Shown here piece after piece: positions 38,216-46,801 of a stretch of 64,000 bases of DNA. The notes under the pieces were generated by a model. The model did not search any database. It was not told where the DNA came from and saw only the letters and a list, made by a program, of their open reading frames with translations. Position numbers and translations under genes: made by a program. Location of the stretch: the NCBI GenBank assembly GCA_041658765.1, contig JBAZZO010000013.1, forward strand, positions 4,742 through 68,741, written 5' to 3'. The DNA comes from Coriobacteriia bacterium (lineage in GTDB: Bacteria > Actinomycetota > Coriobacteriia > Anaerosomatales > JBAZZO01). Within the stretch, counting starts at the first letter, position 1, and every line of letters begins with the position of its first letter.

Positions 38216-38316
38216 CGGTCCGAGACCATCCGCTCGGCGAGGTGCACGTAAGCGGCGCACAGACACAGGAACGCTCCCGCGCCCGCTACCGCGACGATGT
38301 CCGCGAACATCCACAT
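38212..38316 (-). CDS. Candidate 34-aa hydrophobic micropeptide upstream of kdpF
   Basis: Own translation: MWMFADIVAVAGAGAFLCLCAAYVHLAERMVSDR. GGAGACGGAGAA lies upstream of ATG 38316. Its TGA overlaps the kdpF GTG. Too short for the ORF track. Confidence 0.3.
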   Translation of the reverse strand: MWMFADIVAVAGAGAFLCLCAAYVHLAERMVSDR

Positions 38317-38384
38317 GGCGTTTCTCCGTCTCCCGCCCCGAGACACAGCACGCGGACAAGTATCTCGCCTCGGGTGTGCTGTTC

Positions 38385-38423
38385 GCGTGAAGGAGAAGGC
38401 TCACAGCGTGAAGAATGCGTGAA
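38385..38423 (-). promoter_or_regulatory. Three TTCACGC direct repeats (11- and 21-bp phasing); candidate KdpE (OmpR-family) operator for kdpFABC
   Basis: Plus-strand gcgtgaa at 38385-38391, 38406-38412 and 38417-38423, between the kdpE stop (38442) and the micropeptide/kdpF. Confidence 0.45.
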
Positions 38424-38441
38424 ATATCCGGCTGAGTGGCC

Positions 38442-39143
38442 TTACTCGCGATCGGCGAAGCGGAACCCGACGCCGGGCTCGGTGACTATCAAGCGCGGCA
38501 CGTCGCCCGGGACCTCGATCTTGCGACGCAGGTGAGAGATGTGGACGCGCAACGCCTGCGTGTCGCCGACGTACTCCGGCCCCCAGACGTGATCCTGGAG
38601 CATGTTCGCCGTGACCACCCTTCCCGCGTTGCGGGCGAGCATCTCGAGGATGTCGAACTCGATACGCGTGAGGTGCACCTGCCCGCCACGGACGGTCACC
38701 GTCCGCTTCGCGAAGTCGATCGCGATGTCGTCCGAGCGGAACTCCTTCGCGGAGGCGTCCGCACCGCCGGCACGCCGCAGCAGCGCACGCAGCCGGGCGA
38801 GGAGCTCGCCCGTGGAGAACGGCTTCGTGAGGTAATCGTCGGCGCCGAGGTCGAGCGCAGCGATCTTGTCGTCGTCCGCGTTGCGGACGGATAGGACGAG
38901 GATGGGACCCGTGTACCACTCACGCAGTCGCCGGCATGCCTCGAAGCCGCTCATGCCCGGAAGGGTGAGATCGAGGATCACGATGTCCGGGGTGCGCTCG
39001 GCGGTCAGCGCGAGCGCCGCTTCGGCCGTCTCGGCGAGATCGACCTCGTAATCGCGGGCCTGGAGTATCGAACGGAGTGCGCGGCGGATCTGTTCCTCGT
39101 CGTCGACGACGAGCACGCGGATCGGCCGCTCCGGTGCACCCAT
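38442..39143 (-). CDS. kdpE: OmpR-family response regulator KdpE
   Basis: IRVLVVDDEEQIRR...DIVILDLTLPGMSG receiver, with winged helix LTRIEFDILEMLARNAG...HISHLRRKIE. ATG 39143 overlaps the kinase stop by 1 nt (TGATG). Confidence 0.9.
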   Translation of the reverse strand: MGAPERPIRVLVVDDEEQIRRALRSILQARDYEVDLAETAEAALALTAERTPDIVILDLTLPGMSGFEACRRLREWYTGPILVLSVRNADDDKIAALDLGADDYLTKPFSTGELLARLRALLRRAGGADASAKEFRSDDIAIDFAKRTVTVRGGQVHLTRIEFDILEMLARNAGRVVTANMLQDHVWGPEYVGDTQALRVHISHLRRKIEVPGDVPRLIVTEPGVGFRFADRE

Positions 39144-40714
39144 CAGGAACCTCCACTCGAGACGGGATGGGTGAAGGGGAGCGACACGACGAAGCGAGCG
39201 CCCGTCGGCTCGGCGTCCTCGACCCACACGCGTCCGCCATGGCTGCGGACTATCTCGCGCGCTATCGCCAGGCCCAGACCCGTGCCGGCCGGCGCGGCCG
39301 CGGCGGCTTCACCGCGGTAGAACTTCTCGAAGACCCTCGACTTCTCGGCGTCACTCACACCCGGGCCGTCATCCTGGATCCACATGCGTATCTCGTCACC
39401 GACCACTCGCGAGCCGACCGTGACCGGCTCCGTCGCCGGTGAGTACGCGAGAGCGTTCTCCACGAGATTGTGCATCGTTCGCGCTATCTGCGCGAAATCG
39501 ACGTGGATCGCCGGAAGATCGGGAGCGAGCTCGAAGCGGAGACGCGACCGCTGGCCGGCAGGGATACGGGACAGGACCGTGCCCAGCACGTCGCTCACCT
39601 CGTGGTCCTCGAACTGGGGGCGCCACGACTCGGACTCGAGCCGGGAGAGGTCGAGCAGGTCGCCGATCGACGCGTTCAGCCGCTCGAGGTCGTCGGCGAC
39701 GGCGACGAGCTCGTCCCGCACGCGCTCGGCCGAGCAGTCCGCGCCCTCGTCGACGAGCCCGGTGACCCGGGCGGTCGCCGCGGCCAGGGGCGTCTTGAGC
39801 TCGTGCGACACAGAGGACACGAGGGTGGATCGAAGCCTGTCCGCCTCGCGCAGGGCCGATGCGTGCGCGGCCTCCTCCTCGAGACGTCTACGAGACAGCG
39901 ACGCGGCCGCGAGGTTGGCTATCGCGACGAGAAGGTCCGGCTCGTGCGCCGCCTGATCGAGCGGCCCCGGGAGCTTCCGGGCGTACAGGACGCCCTCGAT
40001 GCTCTCGGCCGTCTGCAGCGGCACGTAGACGCCGTCGGCCACGAGGTCGGGCACCGCCTCGTCGACAGGAACGGACGCGGGAGGCCGCTCGGCAGAGAGT
40101 CCGCCGACCGGCACGAGCCCTATCGCCTTGTTCGTCCGCATCACCCAGTCGACGAACGACGTCTCGTCGCCCGAGCCGGCGGAACGCCCCGCTTCCGCAA
40201 GGAGCGTGGGACCGCCCCCATCGCCGACGTAGAGCGCGGCGCGTTCGGCCCCGAGCACACCGGTCACCTGGCTCACGATGAACTCTCCCGTCGAGCGCGC
40301 CGACTTCTCGGAGGCGATGCGGAAGGTGAGACCGTTGAGCAGCTCGAGTTCCGCCTGACGGCGGACGGCGGCCTGCTCGCGCTCCCTCAGCCGCGCCGTC
40401 TGCTGCCCCGACACGAGTGCGACGATGAGGAAGACCACGAGCGCGAGCCACTCCGGCAGCGAGGCGACAGTCAGCCGGTGGTAGGGCGGGACGAAGAGGA
40501 AGTCGAGCAGGAGGAAGGCGATGATCGCAGCCGTCGCGGAGGCCCGGACACCGGACAGGCTCCCGACGGTGACGATGACGGGGACGCACAGCAGCATGAA
40601 CGTCGTCGGAGCCAAGAGGGACCTGAACGGCACGAGCGCGGCGACCGACACCAGGACGGCGGCGATCGCGAAGGGGTAACCCTGCCCCGCGGTGAAGACG
40701 CGCTTCCACTCCAT
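39143..40714 (-). CDS. kdpD: KdpD C-terminal module: DUF4118 membrane domain + GAF-like + HisKA/HATPase histidine kinase
   Basis: Four TM helices at the N-terminus, H-box SVSHELKTPLAA, N/G boxes NLVENALAY...DDGPGV...GTGLGLAI. It lacks the KdpD N-terminal and Usp region. Confidence 0.85.
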   Translation of the reverse strand: MEWKRVFTAGQGYPFAIAAVLVSVAALVPFRSLLAPTTFMLLCVPVIVTVGSLSGVRASATAAIIAFLLLDFLFVPPYHRLTVASLPEWLALVVFLIVALVSGQQTARLREREQAAVRRQAELELLNGLTFRIASEKSARSTGEFIVSQVTGVLGAERAALYVGDGGGPTLLAEAGRSAGSGDETSFVDWVMRTNKAIGLVPVGGLSAERPPASVPVDEAVPDLVADGVYVPLQTAESIEGVLYARKLPGPLDQAAHEPDLLVAIANLAAASLSRRRLEEEAAHASALREADRLRSTLVSSVSHELKTPLAAATARVTGLVDEGADCSAERVRDELVAVADDLERLNASIGDLLDLSRLESESWRPQFEDHEVSDVLGTVLSRIPAGQRSRLRFELAPDLPAIHVDFAQIARTMHNLVENALAYSPATEPVTVGSRVVGDEIRMWIQDDGPGVSDAEKSRVFEKFYRGEAAAAAPAGTGLGLAIAREIVRSHGGRVWVEDAEPTGARFVVSLPFTHPVSSGGS

Positions 40715-40762
40715 GGCCGAACAGTAGCACCACGCCGCTTCGGCCGCAGGGATGCGGACGGG

Positions 40763-41458
40763 CTACCCCGCCACCTGTGCGAGGCGCTTCGCGATGCTGG
40801 TGAAGAAGGGGCGCCCGTCGGTGCCGTTCGCGAGCGGGTCGCACGCGCGCTCGGGGTGCGGCATCAGCCCGAAGACGTTCCCGCGCTCGTTGCAGATCCC
40901 CGCGATCGAGTCGAGCGCGCCGTTGGGCGCCGACTCCGGCGACACGCTGCCGTCGTCCTCGCAGTAGCGGAGCACGACCTGCCCGTTCGCCTCGAGTCGC
41001 GCCAGCGTCTGCTCGTCGCAGATGAAGTTGCCTTCGTTGTGGTTGATCGGGATGGTTAGCAGCGTTCCCGGCTCGAGGTCGAGCCACTCGCACGCGCTGC
41101 GCTCGACGCGCAGGCGCACCGGGCGGCAGAGGAACTTCAGGCCGACGTTTCGCAGGAGCGCCCCAGGCAGCAGGTGCGCCTCGGCGAGTATCTGGAAACC
41201 GTTGCAGATGCCGAGCACCGGGCCTCCGCGCTCGGCGAACCGCACGACCTCCCCCATGATCGGCGAGAACCGCGCGACCGCCCCGCAGCGGATGTAGTCG
41301 CCGTACGAGAAGCCGCCGGGAAGGACGACCGCGTCGAACCCGGAGAGGTCCGTGTCGCCGTGCCACACGTACTCGGCTTCGAAGCCGAGCATGTGCGCGG
41401 CGTGCACGACGTCCTGCTCGCAGTTGGAACCCGGGAAGATCACGACGCCGAAGCGCAT
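40763..41458 (-). CDS. purQ: Phosphoribosylformylglycinamidine synthase I (glutaminase)
   Basis: [16 protein letters not shown]...[10 protein letters not shown]...GICNGFQIL...MPHPER is the triad glutaminase signature. Confidence 0.95.
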   Translation of the reverse strand: MRFGVVIFPGSNCEQDVVHAAHMLGFEAEYVWHGDTDLSGFDAVVLPGGFSYGDYIRCGAVARFSPIMGEVVRFAERGGPVLGICNGFQILAEAHLLPGALLRNVGLKFLCRPVRLRVERSACEWLDLEPGTLLTIPINHNEGNFICDEQTLARLEANGQVVLRYCEDDGSVSPESAPNGALDSIAGICNERGNVFGLMPHPERACDPLANGTDGRPFFTSIAKRLAQVAG

Positions 41459-41461
41459 GCG

Positions 41462-41704
41462 CTAGACCTCCTCGGCGGTCTCGATGCGGAAATCCTCGAT
41501 GACGGGGTTGGCCAGCAGCTTCTCGCACATCTCGCGCACCCGCGCCTCGGACGTGGCGTCGGCCACCTCGATGCGTATGTACTTGCCGATCCTCACCGAA
41601 GAGACCTCGGAGTAGCCCAGGTTCACGAGCGCGCGCTCCGCTGTGGCGCCGGGCGGATCGAAGATGCCGTGCTTGTACGTCACGAAGACCTCATACCTCG
41701 CCAT
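41462..41704 (-). CDS. purS: Phosphoribosylformylglycinamidine synthase subunit PurS
   Basis: 80 aa: YEVFVTYKHGIFDPPG...LANPVIEDF. Confidence 0.9.
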   Translation of the reverse strand: MARYEVFVTYKHGIFDPPGATAERALVNLGYSEVSSVRIGKYIRIEVADATSEARVREMCEKLLANPVIEDFRIETAEEV

Positions 41705-41707
41705 CGC

Positions 41708-42139
41708 TCACGCGTCCTTTCCAGTGCCCGAAGCGCCGACCTTCTTGCCGCTCTTCGCGCCCGCGATCAGCTCCTTGCGCAGCTTCCGGACGATGGCGAA
41801 GTCGATGTAGAGCGCGGCGGCGAGCCCGCTCACCTCGATCGCGAGAGAGATGCGCTGCAGGTCGGTAGAGCCCTTCACCGGAGGTACGAGGATCGAAGCC
41901 GCCGAGAGGATGGCCACGCCCATGAACACCCACCATACGCGGCGCCACTTCTTGATCTCCGGGCTCGAAGGAAGCTGCCACGGCTTGCGCTTGACGGCCG
42001 GCTTCGCGGTCGCCGACTTCCGGCCCGCCACCTCGCCGGCGGCGCGCTTCGGCTTCATCGAGCTCGCGCTCTTCCTCGTCGAACCGCCCTTCTTGCCGGG
42101 CTCCGTGTAGCGCGCGTTGAACGGGCTGCGGCGAGCCAC
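41708..42139 (-). CDS. Basic N-terminus/2-TM membrane protein between purC and purS
   Basis: Lys/Arg-rich N-terminus, then WWVFMGVAILSAASILV and VSGLAAALYIDFAIV. 4-5 bp gaps to neighbouring pur genes. Confidence 0.5.
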   Translation of the reverse strand: MARRSPFNARYTEPGKKGGSTRKSASSMKPKRAAGEVAGRKSATAKPAVKRKPWQLPSSPEIKKWRRVWWVFMGVAILSAASILVPPVKGSTDLQRISLAIEVSGLAAALYIDFAIVRKLRKELIAGAKSGKKVGASGTGKDA

Positions 42140-42143
42140 TCCC

Positions 42144-43028
42144 TCACGTCCCTTCCGGCACGAAGGTGCTGCCGGTGATCAGTTCGAAGGCCTGCACGTA
42201 CTTCTCGCTCGTGCGCGCGATCACGTCGGCTGGAAGCGTCGGCGCTGGAGGCGTCTTGTCCCAACCGCTCGCCTCGAGCTGATCGCGCACGTACTGCTTG
42301 TCGAAGGAAGGCTGACCGTGACCGGGCTCGTAGGCGTCGGCCGGCCAGAAACGGGACGAATCGGGGGTGAGGACCTCGTCGACGAGGGTGAGCACGCCGT
42401 CGACGAGCCCGAACTCGAACTTCGTGTCGGCGATGACGATGCCCCTCTCCGCTGCGTGGTCGCGCGCGGCGCCGTAGACCGCCAGCGCCGTCGACCGTAG
42501 CGCCTCGGCGTGCCCGTCGCCGACGATGGCGGCCATCCGCTCGAAGGAGATGTTCTCGTCGTGCGTCCCGAGCTCGGCTTTGGTGGACGGCGTGAACATC
42601 GGCTCGGGCAGCCTGTCGGACTCGCGCAGGCCGGGGGGGAGTTCGACGCCGCACACCGTCCCGGCGCGACGGTACTCGGCCCAGCCGGAGCCCGCGAGAT
42701 AGCCTCGCACGATGCACTCGACCGGGAAGACCGACGCCTTCCTCACGAGCATCGACCGGCCGCGCAGCTCGTCCGCGTGCGAGCGGAACGGCTCGGGGAA
42801 GTCGGCGACGTCGGCCGAGACCAGGTGGTTCGCCACGATGCCGGAGAGGAGATCGAGCCAGTACAGGGAGAGCCTGGTGAGGACCTCCCCCTTGTGCGGG
42901 ATCGGGTCGGGGAGCACGACGTCGAAAGCGCTGAGCCGATCGGTCGCGACGATGAGGAGCTCGTCACCGAGGTCGTAGAGGTCGCGCACCTTGCCTTGCG
43001 CGTCCGGCCTCATCATCGCCTGCTCCAC
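42144..43028 (-). CDS. purC: SAICAR synthetase
   Basis: GKVRDLYDLGDELLIVATDRLSAFD...ADTKFEFG...DEVLTPDSSRFW. Confidence 0.95.
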   Translation of the reverse strand: MEQAMMRPDAQGKVRDLYDLGDELLIVATDRLSAFDVVLPDPIPHKGEVLTRLSLYWLDLLSGIVANHLVSADVADFPEPFRSHADELRGRSMLVRKASVFPVECIVRGYLAGSGWAEYRRAGTVCGVELPPGLRESDRLPEPMFTPSTKAELGTHDENISFERMAAIVGDGHAEALRSTALAVYGAARDHAAERGIVIADTKFEFGLVDGVLTLVDEVLTPDSSRFWPADAYEPGHGQPSFDKQYVRDQLEASGWDKTPPAPTLPADVIARTSEKYVQAFELITGSTFVPEGT

Positions 43029-43112
43029 GCCGCAGCCGTCCTTTCGGGGCTTGTCGGGACGGCTCCCATTGTAGGGGAAGCGGGGCGTAGCGGTAAGGCG
43101 GTGGAAGGGCCT

Positions 43113-43319
43113 TCAGAGCCTGAAAGGCCAACCCAAGAAGACGCTCGTCGCCGCGAGGCCGTGCAGCGGCGCCGCTATCAGCAGCGCCCAGGCCACACCG
43201 CGATGCACCTTCATGTGCAGCGGACCCTTGAAGTGGATCACCCGCTTGCCGACGAGGAACTGAAAGAGCAGCACCAGGAAGAGGAAGAGTCCTCCCAGCG
43301 GGACGAGTCTCGGGTCCAT
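43113..43319 (-). CDS. Small 2-TM membrane protein (hypothetical)
   Basis: 68-aa ORF with two hydrophobic helices. Confidence 0.35.
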   Translation of the reverse strand: MDPRLVPLGGLFLFLVLLFQFLVGKRVIHFKGPLHMKVHRGVAWALLIAAPLHGLAATSVFLGWPFRL

Positions 43320-43338
43320 CGTGGCTCCTTGCGTCGGT

Positions 43339-43656
43339 TCAGGCGCGCTCGTGGCGAAGGCGCCAGCGCTCGACCCACGAGCGGGAGCGATCGTTGCGCC
43401 ACGCGAGCAGTGCCCGGCTGTCGAGCTCTTCGACGCCTTGCGCGTCGAGCTCGACGCAGTCGCGCGGCGTGCCGCGCATGATACCGCTGCGGAGACTCAA
43501 AGGACGCGCGTGCTCGGGCTGCACGAAGAGGCACCCGTGGTTCGAGTTGTAGACGAGCCGCCCGCCGCCGTGGACCGACTCGGGCGCGAGGTCGGCGAGG
43601 GTGACGAAGCTGCCGTTGTGGACGAACACTCGCTTGTACCAGGGCGTCTCGGGCAT
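43339..43656 (-). CDS. Hypothetical protein
   Basis: 105-aa ORF. No family recognised. Confidence 0.4.
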   Translation of the reverse strand: MPETPWYKRVFVHNGSFVTLADLAPESVHGGGRLVYNSNHGCLFVQPEHARPLSLRSGIMRGTPRDCVELDAQGVEELDSRALLAWRNDRSRSWVERWRLRHERA

Positions 43657-43706
43657 GGCGGGCTCCCTTCCGTCGCCACCCTATCGGCATCCCGGGTGTG
43701 AGGTCT

Positions 43707-44405
43707 TTAGCCCCAGACGGCACGCAACGCGCCGTCGAACGCGCGCAGCACCTCTCCGCCGCGTCCGCGGGCCGCGACGGCCCCGCCGAACGCGTTCGTG
43801 AAGAAGACCTCGCTCGCGGAGTCGAGTTCCTCCGCGCTCAACGGCCCGACCTCGACCTCGACACCGAGACCCGGGGCCTTCTCGAGAAGGAGGGCGCGGG
43901 CGACCCCGGCGACCGCGGGCGGCGACGGCGGCGTGCGTGCGACGCCGCCCAGGACCGCCCATACCGTCGCACTGCCGCCGTCGATGACCAGACCGTCGGG
44001 GCCGACGATCACCGCCTGGTGGCCGCCGGCCGCTCCCGCCGCCCGCTGCGCGGCGTCCCACGGCGCGCGGTCGGCGGGCTTCGCCGCGCCCGGCGGCAAC
44101 TCCGCGGGAACGTCGACGCGCACGAGCACCGGCACGGGTCCGCCCGGCACGTCGAGCGAGGAGAGGCGGCGCGAGACCGCCGTCTCGATCGTCCCGTCGG
44201 CGCCGACCGTGACCGACAGGCGCATCCGGCTCGAGCCCTCCCCGCCGGCCCCGCCGGCCGCGGCGGCGACGGCCTCGTCCACGAGCGCGAGTGTCTCTTC
44301 AGCGCACCCGCCGGCCGCGAGCCTCGCCCGGTGCCACGGCCACAGGGGCACCGCCCCTGCGACGACACGGCAAGTCTCGCGCAGCGCGACCGGGACAGCG
44401 CTCAC
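43707..44405 (-). CDS. Aminotransferase class IV family protein (aminodeoxychorismate lyase-like)
   Basis: The C-terminal half, AVIVGPDGLVIDGGSATVWAV...TPPSPPAVAGVARALLLE...GPLSAEELDSASEVFFTNAFGG, fits the fold-type IV pattern. GTG 44405 overlaps the upstream stop (GTGA). Confidence 0.55.
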   Translation of the reverse strand: MSAVPVALRETCRVVAGAVPLWPWHRARLAAGGCAEETLALVDEAVAAAAGGAGGEGSSRMRLSVTVGADGTIETAVSRRLSSLDVPGGPVPVLVRVDVPAELPPGAAKPADRAPWDAAQRAAGAAGGHQAVIVGPDGLVIDGGSATVWAVLGGVARTPPSPPAVAGVARALLLEKAPGLGVEVEVGPLSAEELDSASEVFFTNAFGGAVAARGRGGEVLRAFDGALRAVWG

Positions 44406-45112
44406 TTCGTCCCGGGACGCAGCACCGAGGCCAGCGTCTGGGCCTCGAGATCGGTGTAGCAGTGGACGGCGTAGACGACGTCGCGCTTCGTCGTCGGGTC
44501 CGGGGCGAGGAACGACACGCAGCGCCCCGCGGCGAGCCCGTCGATGGCCCGCGCCACCGGCCAGATGACGAGGCCTATCCCCTGACGGGACCATCCGGCG
44601 CCGACGCGGACGTCCTTCACGGAACTCGTCGGGAACGTGACTCGCGTCAACGTCCCCGGCTCGCTGCACGCCGCGATGCGGGGCATCTCCCAGAGCGACC
44701 CCGCCATCAGCGACGCGACGGCTATCTGCGCGACGCACAGAAGGACCGCGATCCCGGCCCAGCGCCACCTCCGGTACATCACCGCCGCCACGAGCGCGAC
44801 TATGGCGAGCGCCCACATGACCATGAGCAGTCCGATGAAGAGGGTGTAGACGCCGGTCGAGACGCGCGATCCCGCGACCGAGACCTCGCCCTCGCGGACC
44901 GTGACGGTCACGTACTCTCCGAAGCGCGACGTCGTGCGGTAGTGATAGCCGGTGATCGAGCCCTCCGCGTCCGAGCCCGGTCGCACGCCGACGACGGACC
45001 CCGCGCTCTCCGGCGCCCCGCCGAGGACGACCCAGCGCGCGAACACGGCCGCGGCGACGATGAGGACCACTGCGATCGATGCGAGCACGATCCGTCTCGT
45101 ACGCGGGGTCAT
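44402..45112 (-). CDS. Membrane protein, unknown function
   Basis: 236 aa with an N-terminal TM and central TM helices. Confidence 0.5.
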   Translation of the reverse strand: MTPRTRRIVLASIAVVLIVAAAVFARWVVLGGAPESAGSVVGVRPGSDAEGSITGYHYRTTSRFGEYVTVTVREGEVSVAGSRVSTGVYTLFIGLLMVMWALAIVALVAAVMYRRWRWAGIAVLLCVAQIAVASLMAGSLWEMPRIAACSEPGTLTRVTFPTSSVKDVRVGAGWSRQGIGLVIWPVARAIDGLAAGRCVSFLAPDPTTKRDVVYAVHCYTDLEAQTLASVLRPGTK

Positions 45113-45125
45113 GCGCGTCTCCTCC

Positions 45126-45578
45126 CTAGGATACCGATACCTCGGACGTGCAGGCCGGACAGCGCGTCGCCTCGAGCGGGACCTGCGTGAGGCAGAACGG
45201 GCACGGCTTGGTCGTCGGCTCCTCCGCCTCCCTCGTGCGCCGCAGCCTGTTGATCACCTTGACGACGAGGAAGATCGAGAAGGTGACGATGACGAAGGTC
45301 ACGATGGTGCTGACGAACGCGCCGTAGTTGAGCGTGATCGCTCCGGCGTCCTTGGCCGCGGCGAGCGAGCCGTACGGACCCGGCGCCTTCGTCCCGTTCT
45401 GGAGCACGACGAAGAGGTTCGCGACGTCGACCTTGCCGAGCAAGAGACCGATCGGAGGCATGATCACGTCGTTGACCAGCGAGTTCACGATCGCGCCGAA
45501 TGCCGCACCGATAACCACACCTATGGCGAGGTCAAGAGCATTGCCCTTGATCGCGAACTCCTTGAACTCCTTGAACAT
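45126..45578 (-). CDS. mscL: Large-conductance mechanosensitive channel with C-terminal CPxC...CPxC extension
   Basis: [44 protein letters not shown] is the MscL signature. Extra tail [30 protein letters not shown] upstream of ATG 45578. Confidence 0.9.
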   Translation of the reverse strand: MFKEFKEFAIKGNALDLAIGVVIGAAFGAIVNSLVNDVIMPPIGLLLGKVDVANLFVVLQNGTKAPGPYGSLAAAKDAGAITLNYGAFVSTIVTFVIVTFSIFLVVKVINRLRRTREAEEPTTKPCPFCLTQVPLEATRCPACTSEVSVS

Positions 45579-45604
45579 GACAGCCTCCCGCCTCGTGTGC
45601 ACCA

Positions 45605-45610
45605 GTATAA
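45605..45610 (+). promoter_or_regulatory. TATAAT -10-like hexamer in the mscL/GT2 divergent intergenic region
   Basis: accagTATAATcgag lies 28 bp upstream of the GT2 GTG start. No clear -35. Confidence 0.3.
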
Positions 45611-45638
45611 TCGAGTCACCGACGCAGAGAGGGGGACC

Positions 45639-46793
45639 GTGGCTATCTCGATCGCCGTCGCCGCGGGCTGCACGCTGTGGCTCGGCATGGGCGCCTTCGG
45701 TATCTCTCACCTGCTGCAGCTGCGCTCTCTCGCTCGTGCGGTCCCGGAAGAACCATCGCGCTGGCCACGTGTCTCGGTGATCGTCGCGGCCCGCGACGAG
45801 GCGACCGACTGCGAGGCGGCGCTCCGGTCGCGTCTGGCGGACGACTACCCCGACCTCGAGGTCGTCTTCGTCGACGACCGCTCCACCGACGGCACGGGCG
45901 AGATCGCCGCGCGCGTCGCGGCCGAGGATCCGCGGGTGCGTGTCGTGCGTGTCGAGACGCTGCCGGCGGGATGGCTCGGAAAGGTCAACGCCCTCGCGCA
46001 TGGCGTCGCCGTGGCCGACGGCGAGTGGTTCCTGTTCTCCGACGCCGACGTCTACGTGGCCAGCGGCGGCCTCCGGCGCGCGATCGCGCACGCGGAGGCG
46101 GACGGTCTCGACATGCTCGCGCTGGTTCCCGAGTACGCGTCGAAGGACCTGCTGGTGAACGTGGTGTGGACTGTGTTCTTGCGTGTGATGATGCTCGTGC
46201 TCAGCCCGAGAGCGATCCGCGACCCGCGCAGGAAGACCTCGCTCGGCTCGGGCGCCTTCAACCTCGTGCGGCGCAGCGCGTTCGAGCGGACTCCCGGCTT
46301 CGAGTGGCTGCGCCTCGAGACCGCCGACGACATGGCCCTCGCGATGATGGTCAAGGGCGCGGGCGGACGACTCGAGACGATGGACGGGCGAGGCATCGCG
46401 CGGGTCGAGATCTACCGCAGCGCTGCGGAGTTCTTCCGGGGGATCGAGAAGAACGGCGGCACGACCGCCGCCCATCCATGGCGTTTCACCTTCGGCATGG
46501 CCGTCTTGCTCGCCGTGGAGTACTCGCCGTTCCTCGCGCTCGCGATCGGCCCGGCCTGGATGCGTGCGCTCGGCGCTGTCGCGCTCGTGGTCGCGACCGT
46601 GACCGACGTGCTCGCTCTGCGCATCAACACCGGCCGCATCGCGCCGGCGCTGATGTGGCCGCTCGGGACGCTGCTCTTCGTCGCCGGGACCCTTCGCGCC
46701 ACCTGGCTTGTCCACAGGCGCGGCGGCGTTCTCTGGCGCGGGACGTTCTACCCGCTCGCCGAGATCCACTCGCAGCGACGCTTCCGGTTCTGA
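45639..46793 (+). CDS. Family 2 glycosyltransferase, membrane-bound
   Basis: [10 protein letters not shown]...[12 protein letters not shown]...LFSDADV (DxD), with C-terminal TM helices. GTG 45639 with a purine-rich SD. Confidence 0.75.
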   Translation: MAISIAVAAGCTLWLGMGAFGISHLLQLRSLARAVPEEPSRWPRVSVIVAARDEATDCEAALRSRLADDYPDLEVVFVDDRSTDGTGEIAARVAAEDPRVRVVRVETLPAGWLGKVNALAHGVAVADGEWFLFSDADVYVASGGLRRAIAHAEADGLDMLALVPEYASKDLLVNVVWTVFLRVMMLVLSPRAIRDPRRKTSLGSGAFNLVRRSAFERTPGFEWLRLETADDMALAMMVKGAGGRLETMDGRGIARVEIYRSAAEFFRGIEKNGGTTAAHPWRFTFGMAVLLAVEYSPFLALAIGPAWMRALGAVALVVATVTDVLALRINTGRIAPALMWPLGTLLFVAGTLRATWLVHRRGGVLWRGTFYPLAEIHSQRRFRF

Positions 46794-46801
46794 GTACCCG
46801 C

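Noticed and set aside
38317-38441. Possible c-di-AMP (ydaO/kimA-type) riboswitch in the kdp leader
   Set aside because: I could not recognise the conserved pseudo-symmetric ACGGGGA/CCCGA-type cores by eye. The region is better explained by a promoter with TTCACGC repeats. A covariance-model scan would be needed to exclude it formally.
43029-43112. Possible purine/ZTP riboswitch or PurR box upstream of purC
   Set aside because: It contains a TACAAT hexamer and a 7-bp-stem hairpin (gccgtcc...ggacggc), but none of the conserved ZTP (pfl) or purine-riboswitch core sequences I know. It was left uncalled.
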